A stretch of 56,476 nt of DNA, counting the filler, from Sphacelaria rigidula (lineage: Eukaryota): NCBI GenBank assembly GCA_964200075.2. It is 5 parts of 5 records of this genome, joined end to end, with 100 filler letters (N's around TTAATTAATTAA, not from the genome) between each part and the next. Parts side by side here need not be neighbours in the genome. Positions count along the whole stretch, not along the records: positions 45,263 to 56,476 come from CAXNAA020005229.1; 4 more parts are not named here. One strand, 5' to 3'. Numbering within the stretch: the first letter of the stretch is position 1; each line of letters opens with the position of its first letter. The notes under the pieces were generated by a model. The model was given only the letters and a program-made list of their open reading frames with translations, was not told where the DNA came from and ran no database searches. Below, in pieces: positions 49,401 through 56,476 of this stretch. The translations under genes and the position numbers were made by a program.

Positions 49401-50697
49401 GGATTCCAATATGTTCCGTTGAATATTATCGTTTCTAGCACATCTCTGTGCTGGTGTACCGGACGACGCAAGCTCCGTACTGGAAAGATGATAGGTAATT
49501 GCAACAGTACAAAGGGATTGACACTGGATTGAATCTTATTATCGTAATATATTGAAGGCATCAGTACTGTTGGTGAGTGTGAGTGTGAGGAGGGGGGCTT
49601 GACCTCTATCGGACGCCGAACCACGCGTCGGAAAGCATGTTGAATGAACGATACCTGCGCATAAGTATAATATGTATGGACACCGACTACGATAGTCTTG
49701 GGACGCCACAACAAGCTCGCATTCCTTCCTCATGATATATATGTAGGTTCAATATCCCGGCAAGAGTACAATACCGGGCGGTCCAACAACCTGTCTGTCC
49801 TCTTGTCCTATCGTTCGTCAGGTTCATCTACAAGAGTTATGTCACTACTTCTTCAGTCATTATTTTTGTCTCGTGGTTGGTTTTGCGAATCAGCATATGG
49901 GGAGGAGATTCGTCAATGACCACACGATTCAAATGATATGCAATAATTGGTGTATGTGAGTACGATACAGTCTTTCTGTCTATCTTATTCACGTTACTGG
50001 ATGGGGATATACATTCATAGGAGTAGACAAGTGATGCGGTCGATGTAAGTGCGCTGTTACATGACCTTTCTGCTCGAACTCTTCGACATATGTGGGATGG
50101 AAAATGGAGAACGCCAAAGTGATAGCCATGTCACTGCTCCCTCTCTAACTCCTCTTCCTCCCTCTGTCTTCCCTCCCCTTCTTATGATCCTATCGTGGTC
50201 GGTTCCGGAAACCCGCCAAAAACAAAGGTTGATGGCCGTTGAACTGAGTGGGTCCGCTGATACACGGTGGGGCGTGCTTATAGTGGGCGATGCCGACTAT
50301 GTTTACCACCTCGGAAGCTGCATCGATTGAATATGTTATAGAGCCCTTGACGTGAGTGTGTTGAACGTGAGGCAATATTGCTTCTATCGTCTGTCGTTTG
50401 TTCAAAAAATCGCCCATCCTCAGTCATTCTGTATGCCAAAAATTGCCATGTCTCCAGTGATTTTACTAAGCGTAGTGTTTGTGCAGGGTATGATCAGTTG
50501 TGGTATTACGATATAGATTATTTGTGGCTCCTGTGGTACAACGTTTTGACGCATGCGATATTTCACTTGTTACGGAGTTCACAAGTCGGTTCGTGAAACC
50601 GGCCCCCTTTTCAGGAGATGAGTATATTTGACCTCTTGTTTAGGAGATGGGTATACTCCGGGTTTTTATCCTCAAAAAAGAAAAGCATTCCCAATTA

Positions 50698-53444
50698 CAC
50701 ACGGGGACAGATAGCACCCTGTGGAGGGGGTCTACAGGGTTTACCTACCCTGCGCAGTGTTTCTGGCGGGAATTTTACTGTACAGTGTTTGCCAGCGTAG
50801 CACAGGACGCTCCACAGGGTTTCCCTACAGTGGTCATGAATAGTGCGCATCACAGGGTTGCTCTCCACAGGGTTTCTCTACAGTGGTCATGAGAAGTGTG
50901 CATCACAGGATTCCGTCGCCCCGTGAAGACTTCATCGCTGCTGGCAATGCTGAGCAGTGTGTTTACGCACAAACACTACCCTCCCCACGCAGCTGCGGGC
51001 GCAAGGTACTGGCGGAAAAAAGAACTGATTACGTTGGACGGGAGTCGAACCCTCGACTTCACAATTATGTTGACTACCGGTTACACACGGAGCTACGCGT
51101 CGTAATCTTTACGGGTTAGGTTTTTCGTACTTCTGAATTCTGGGGCCCTCGAACGTTCGTGTCAATAACACTGAAATCCCCCGAATTGTTTTTAGACGCA
51201 CAAGTGTAATAATAATGGAAATCTGGAATTTGGACAGCCGCTGCTGTTCGAAATTAATCCTAATTCCACATTTGGAATAGAGCAAAAAGGATTCATCCGA
51301 AATAAATCCTAATTCCAAACTTGGAATATAGGGGGAAAAGGATTCATTCCGAAGAGCTTGAGCTGTACAGATAATCCCATATACACTGTATAAAGCAGAT
51401 GAAATTTGTACACCGCGAAAAATATACCTGAAATTGGGTGGAGAAAGAATTTGCTCGCGAGCAGCTTCAGCTGTTCAAGTCCCAACTACTGCGCGCAAGC
51501 TTTTGTTGCAGCTGTATCGTCATGACCAATTGACCTAGGTCATAGATCCACATACCTGATGAAAACCCCGTAGTCTTGCGTCGACGAAACTAGAACATTT
51601 TACAGGGAATAATGAAGCATCTCATCGCGCTGTTGATACTGCGTATACTGGGGATACATATTCACAACAATGAACTGGACTGGACTGTACAATACCATTG
51701 CATGCGGTACAGTGCGCTATATCGCCGTGCTTATACGTGCGGCGCCATGTATTGCAGATAGCTGGCTATAAATACAGTGTAGATGCCCGCATGCAGCTTA
51801 TTTTGATATATGGGGCGGGTGTTATATACCGTCAAGAACTTCAGGTTTTCACGCGCGCGTTCCAGCACAGCATATTTGCGCGCACATGCATCAGCTGCAT
51901 GCTGCTGCAGCACAGTAAGTAGGGCGTGAAAGGGAAGGGGAAAAGTACAGTACAGACAGCGCGGGACAATGTATGTATGTTCTCTACCTATGGTGCGACG
52001 TGAAAAGGACTTGAACAACGTGCAGCATATCGTACGCGGCCTGTATATGCTGCACTATATATGTTATATCGCGGTGCATCCGCAGCATGCATATGGTGAG
52101 TGCTATGCATAATATAGGCGGCCGGTTGATATTGTTCCTCGCACCCGCCTATATATACGCACTCGCCCGCGTATGTCGTCGCCGCGCGCGATGTCGCGAA
52201 CGCCATGAAAGAAGGTGCTCAAGTTTCCACCAACAAGAAATACATTATATCCACCCGCACGGCAGTGTGTATATGTGTCTATATATTTCCCTGTGCCCAA
52301 CCCATCCGTGCTCTTTGCTGCGGGGTTGTGGTAGTATAGCTGCATGGGCGGAATAATAATACTGTTGTGCGCGGGCGGGTATATGCGTTTATTGATGCTC
52401 GATTTGTGTGCGGTGATGATAAATATACGAAGTGATGGTCTACATATACTATTCATATACGATTGATTAAGTGATGTTTTCTAAACATGGTTCGTGTTGG
52501 TAGAGGACGGAAGACGGGGTTTTGTGAAAAATGTATATAGATTGACGAGGTATACCCGATAACCCGGCATCTTCCCACCTTCCCGGGAGCTTTAGACGAA
52601 GCACAGGTGTGGACATGCACACGTATCCAACGTGTGGGATCTCTATTCAGCGAAAGCGGTTGAGAGCTATTCATCCTCTAGCCCATGTACACATGGACTG
52701 AGGGGCGAAAGGATGAATATATTTCAGCAACTTTCTCTGCGTGTCGGATCGCATGCGCCGGTGACGATGCAGTATGCGGGATTTGCCCAGCAGCTGACGC
52801 TGCTTGCAATATAAATTTCTTTTTCCCCAATTTCTGGATGGAATTGGAGGGAAAAGTAAATACTTATCTCGAGCTTCTTCTACTGCTCAAATTCCGGAGC
52901 TGCCAGTGTGCATGGGATTTGCGCAGTAGAAGAAGCTGTTCGAAACAGATCCTTTTTTCGCTCATCTCAAAAATGGGCGAAAAATGGATCGATTTTGGAC
53001 AGCTTCTTGTGCTCTTCTCAATAAATCCTTTTTTTTGCCGAAATAAATTGGGCGAGAGGAGGACCTGTTTTGGATCTAGCTTGTCCTGCTGTCCGAAATA
53101 AATTCCTTTTCGCTCGATTCAAATCGGGTGAAGAGGAATTTACCTCGGAAAGGAGGACAAGGTATTGAAAATATATAAATTTACAGATTTTGTACCAAAA
53201 CATTTGGAATTTTCGAAAACAAAACTTGAGTTTTTTTTCACCAAAACACTACCACATGACTATGTAGGGCTTTCCCGACGTGCCTACAAAGGGCTGCAAA
53301 TCCACCCTGGGGAAAACCCTATCAAAACGCTGCGATGGCTACAGATTTTGCATTTCACTGTCAGGGATTTTTCACCAAGACTGTGGAGGACCCTGTACGG
53401 ACCCTGCACAGTGCGCCCCACAGGGTGCTATCTGTCCACGGGTG
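50698..53444. mobile_element. 2.75-kb non-autonomous DNA transposon with CAC...GTG ends and TA flanks (CMC/CACTA-like)
   Basis: TA|CACACGGGGACAGATAGCACCCTGTGG ... CCACAGGGTGCTATCTGTCCACGGGTG|TA; ACAGGGT/ACCCTG subterminal repeats; no transposase ORF. Confidence 0.87.
50910..51101 (-). mobile_element. tRNA-derived SINE nested in the CACTA-like element
   Basis: Minus-strand head gacgcgTAGCTCcgtgtg...gagGGTTCGACTCCcgt with A/B boxes; 3' boundary approximate. Confidence 0.5.
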
Positions 53445-53747
53445 TAGTACAATCCCGTTTTGTCGGCTCTATGTCCGTCACCTTCGCTTTTATTCTGGCG
53501 CTGTGGAGAGCTCTCTGGGGTGTCGGCATTGCCTACAGCACATTCTTTGCCCTTGCCCGCTCCCCTTACTGTGTCAACTTATGTGCGACCCTGAGGATGC
53601 TGCTAGAGTGCGGCGCTACGTGGCGTGTGGCATTCTGCGTCCTGCTATGTGTCCGTCGTTGCTAGCGTCTGTTCGACAGTAGAGTCGATGAGTAGACATG
53701 CCCGTCGATTAATGGCTGCGCTGCAAAAGAGTCGTATACGATAAGAA

Positions 53748-53832
53748 GACCGACGAAGGGACTTGAACCCTTACTCTCTCTGCGAAACGCGAGCGAGACG
53801 CAGGGTGCTCTTTCCAGTTAAGCTACGTCGGT
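53748..53832 (-). tRNA. tRNA-like gene with an atypical 18-nt anticodon loop (possible 11-nt intron, nominal TCT/Arg, or pseudo-tRNA)
   Basis: Acceptor ACCGACG/CGTCGGT 7/7; D arm GCTT-AACTGGAAA-GAGC; T arm AAGGG-TTCAAGT-CCCTT 5/5; anticodon stem CCCTG/CAGAG 4/5; TTTT ~20 nt downstream. Confidence 0.72.
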
Positions 53833-55470
53833 AGCGTTGAGTAGACAGGACAGGGCTCGAGTGAGCTTGACAGACAGAGTGGAGGTGAAGAGCAGAAGTT
53901 TTTGTGAGATGAGGTGGGGATGATATGCGATCTCTCCATGCAGCTCATCTCAGACAACAGGACATGGATCAAAGGACCATGTACCGACAGACATTGGCTT
54001 AGAGTTCAGTTCAACGTGTAGATCACCTTGGGTTTGGTGTGTACAACGTTCCGTGACTCTTGGGCATATTCGGTCTGATGTTGTCCCGATATTCCGAGAC
54101 AAACAGACCATCCTCTGAATATCTAGCGGACGTCTAAGGAACCTTCCTCAATGCTAGAACGTTCCCATGAAAAGAACCAATAAAATATTCTTGGACAGAA
54201 CTATAAGGTATGTTGGGTTCTCATACGTACGATTCACATCACCCCCCTAGTTGTGACGGTGTTAGAGCTCTCACTCCGTCAAAAACTCAAAAATTATAAA
54301 ATCTCAGATGATGAGATAATTCAACATTCCTTGATAGATATATAAATACGTTTAAAGTGTTCACTTTTACACTTAAGCGTAATATTCACAGGATGACAAA
54401 GACATTTATGCAAACAAACATTCGAATGCATAAGTACCGGACAGACATTTGTACTTATTTCGAAGTTGCAAAAAAGTACTTCAGGATCATTAAATTTTGA
54501 GTGATTTGACAGACAGACTTAATTTCTTCGCAGTTAACACAATTTTGGAATACTCAGTTTATATCGATCAGTGGTCGAGACTCGATCGTAGACTGAATAT
54601 ATCTAGACAGTATGTATAAAACTGCGACCTGCAGGGTCGAAATGTTTTAGTCTTTTGGACAAGTAAAATGAAATGCGCATAAAAATATGAACAAAAACAA
54701 ATGTTCATTCTTTGATCCTGTAGTGTCTTGTTACTGAGCAACGAGATAATATTGTGGCCAGACAATTATGTTATCGATGGCACTATTAATCACTGAATAA
54801 TAATACTGTTCGGCGTGGACAATCATGGCTGACAGATTCAGTGCATTGTTGTGTGCTGTTTGCACATACAATGGGACAAAATACAAAGATAAAAACGTTT
54901 AATTTTGACATGTATTTTGCGAGAAAAAATATGACAATAAATTCTCGAAGAACATAATGTTACCACTTGACGCCAATCGAGATACAATTTACCCCCCTTA
55001 CACCTTGAGGTGAATCAACATCCTTCTTGTAGACCGTTCTAGGGTCTTGCGTATATAAAAAATATACGGGATGTTGAGTGGTGGATATGTGGTACATAGT
55101 ATGTCGGACAGGGCACGTGATGCTAATGTCAGTGTTTGAAAACACTGAAAGACAGTTTTGTTGCGCAGATAAAATCTGGCAAAACCTCAACGAGTGCGTG
55201 GTACTTCGCACTCGACAAGCCATGTAGTAATAATTATCCATGGGATGATAAGGAAAAAAAGACGTATGTCATTTTTTTCTTTTTCCAGACAATTGATGGT
55301 GCATGCTGTAATGGGTGAGCATCAGTTGTTGCTGAACTGATGTGACATGTATATTGTAGCGCACTTATAAGCTCAAAACATTTAATTGTAGAACTTCTAC
55401 CGTTTTATCTTTCGAGGGGGATTAAATGCTGCTGGATCCTTGGACAAAATTGCAGCGCGATATGATTTCA

Positions 55471-56340
55471 TCATATCGTGACATTGTGGAATGGTACGAG
55501 AATATCGCCATACTCCACGTTGAGGAGGCCAATCCTTGATTTTGGGATGATATTGGAAATTCTCTTGGGAACCGGCTCCAACCCCCGCTTGTAACCATCA
55601 GTATACTCTACCGTATATGATCCTAACATGACCTTGTGCACTGAACCATCAAGGTCTGGGACTGGAAGAGTTGTTCCTAAAAATATGTCGTCGAGCGCTT
55701 CAAGGTCGGGGACAGGTGATGATATAGGATCGTTGTATTTTTTCATGCGACCAAGGTGAACAGTCATTTCCGCCGGATCATTTGGTTTACTTACTCGGTA
55801 GGTATCTGGTGATAGTTGCGTTCAGACTACGTACGGACCATACCATGTGCTGTAAAGCTCAGGATTGGGACCGTCAGTCTCGTGATATGGGCGATGTATC
55901 AAAACATTATCGCCTTGTTTGAAACTGGGAAACGACAGTTTCTCATTTGCAACCGCTTGTTTATCTGCGCGTTCTTTGAGATTGCGCCCGGCTAGCTCGT
56001 ATGCTAGTTGTAAATTGTTGGCAGTTTGACGAGAGTAATCAAGTCGTGTTTGCGGTGCAGATGTGGCTGGAACGCCAAGGATTATTTCCACTAGGAGTAC
56101 AGCTGATCTTCCGAACATTAAATAATGAGGTGTTTCCTCGAGTGTTGATGAATATGCTGTGTTGTGTGTCAATTGGACAAAAGGTAGTAATTCAGCCCAG
56201 TTATCGCAGGCTAAATTGCTATATATGGCGAGCATATAACAGAGGATTCTATAAAATGAGGTTCATCAATGAAATGAGGTTCGAGCTCAAAACAGTACTT
56301 TCTCCACGCTTTCAGCAATGGTGCCCAATGACTTTCTTGT
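55471..56340 (-). pseudogene. Ty3/Gypsy integrase C-terminal region, frameshifted
   Basis: MLAIY..DNWAELLPFVQLTHNTAYSSTLEETPHYLMFGR..FKQGDNVLI..WYGPYVV (GPY/F motif)..TVHLGRMKKY; followed by an AT-rich 3' region, PPT and LTR. Confidence 0.9.
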
Positions 56341-56476
56341 CGGCCTAATGCCCCTCGATCGCGTAGATACTTCTTCAGCGCATTTTATCGACACTGTGAG
56401 CTTACAGCGCTGTCCGGAACCGCCATTTCTACTTTTTTTTTTTTGGGGGGGGGGTGGTATCAGGGAAAAACATCAG

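Larger units (their letters stand above)
50592..54238 (-). mobile_element. Gypsy 3' LTR (about 900 bp once the nested CACTA-like element is removed); distal end uncertain
   Basis: PPT AGGGGGGTGA (54239-54248) then TGTGAATC; AATAAA at ~53488-53493; candidate end ...GGGGGCCGGTTTCACG at 50592. Alternative short end ...TCTCACA at 53903. Confidence 0.55.

Noticed and set aside
51534-51593. Hammerhead-like core (GTC..CTGATGA..GAAACTAG)
   Set aside because: Stem I and the stem II closing pair do not form, and stem III needs a bulge. At best a decayed relic.

Overview
Repeat-dense eukaryotic DNA. Spliceosomal introns, RTE LINEs with short-repeat tails and the repeat style suggest a stramenopile, probably a brown alga (inference only). 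The window is not one locus. It holds five contigs of 11217, 11216, 11215, 11214 and 11214 bp, sorted by length and joined by 100-nt N44-TTAATTAATTAA-N44 linkers, so adjacency across linkers means nothing. Content: two decayed RTE LINEs and several LINE/SINE 3' ends; tRNA-derived SINEs; two or three decayed Ty3/Gypsy pieces plus LTR-like segments; a multi-exon, internally deleted IS630/Tc1-like (DDE_3) transposase element; many MITEs with visible TIRs/TSDs (P/hAT-like, Sola-like, CACTA-like); several tandem arrays; the last two exons of an RCC1-repeat gene; and at least four exons of an unknown Ser/Pro/Arg-rich gene. Most notable: (1) an intact-looking tRNA cloverleaf with an abnormal anticodon arm, apparently inside a Gypsy 3' LTR; (2) retroposon 3' ends that terminate in oligo(C), one caught with a TSD inside a MITE TIR; (3) a 682-bp element with an 8-bp TSD, made almost entirely of 13 palindromic 43-bp units, splitting a LINE RT. 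I saw no CRISPR array, no Fanzor/TnpB and no convincing ribozyme. All calls are by eye, without database searches.
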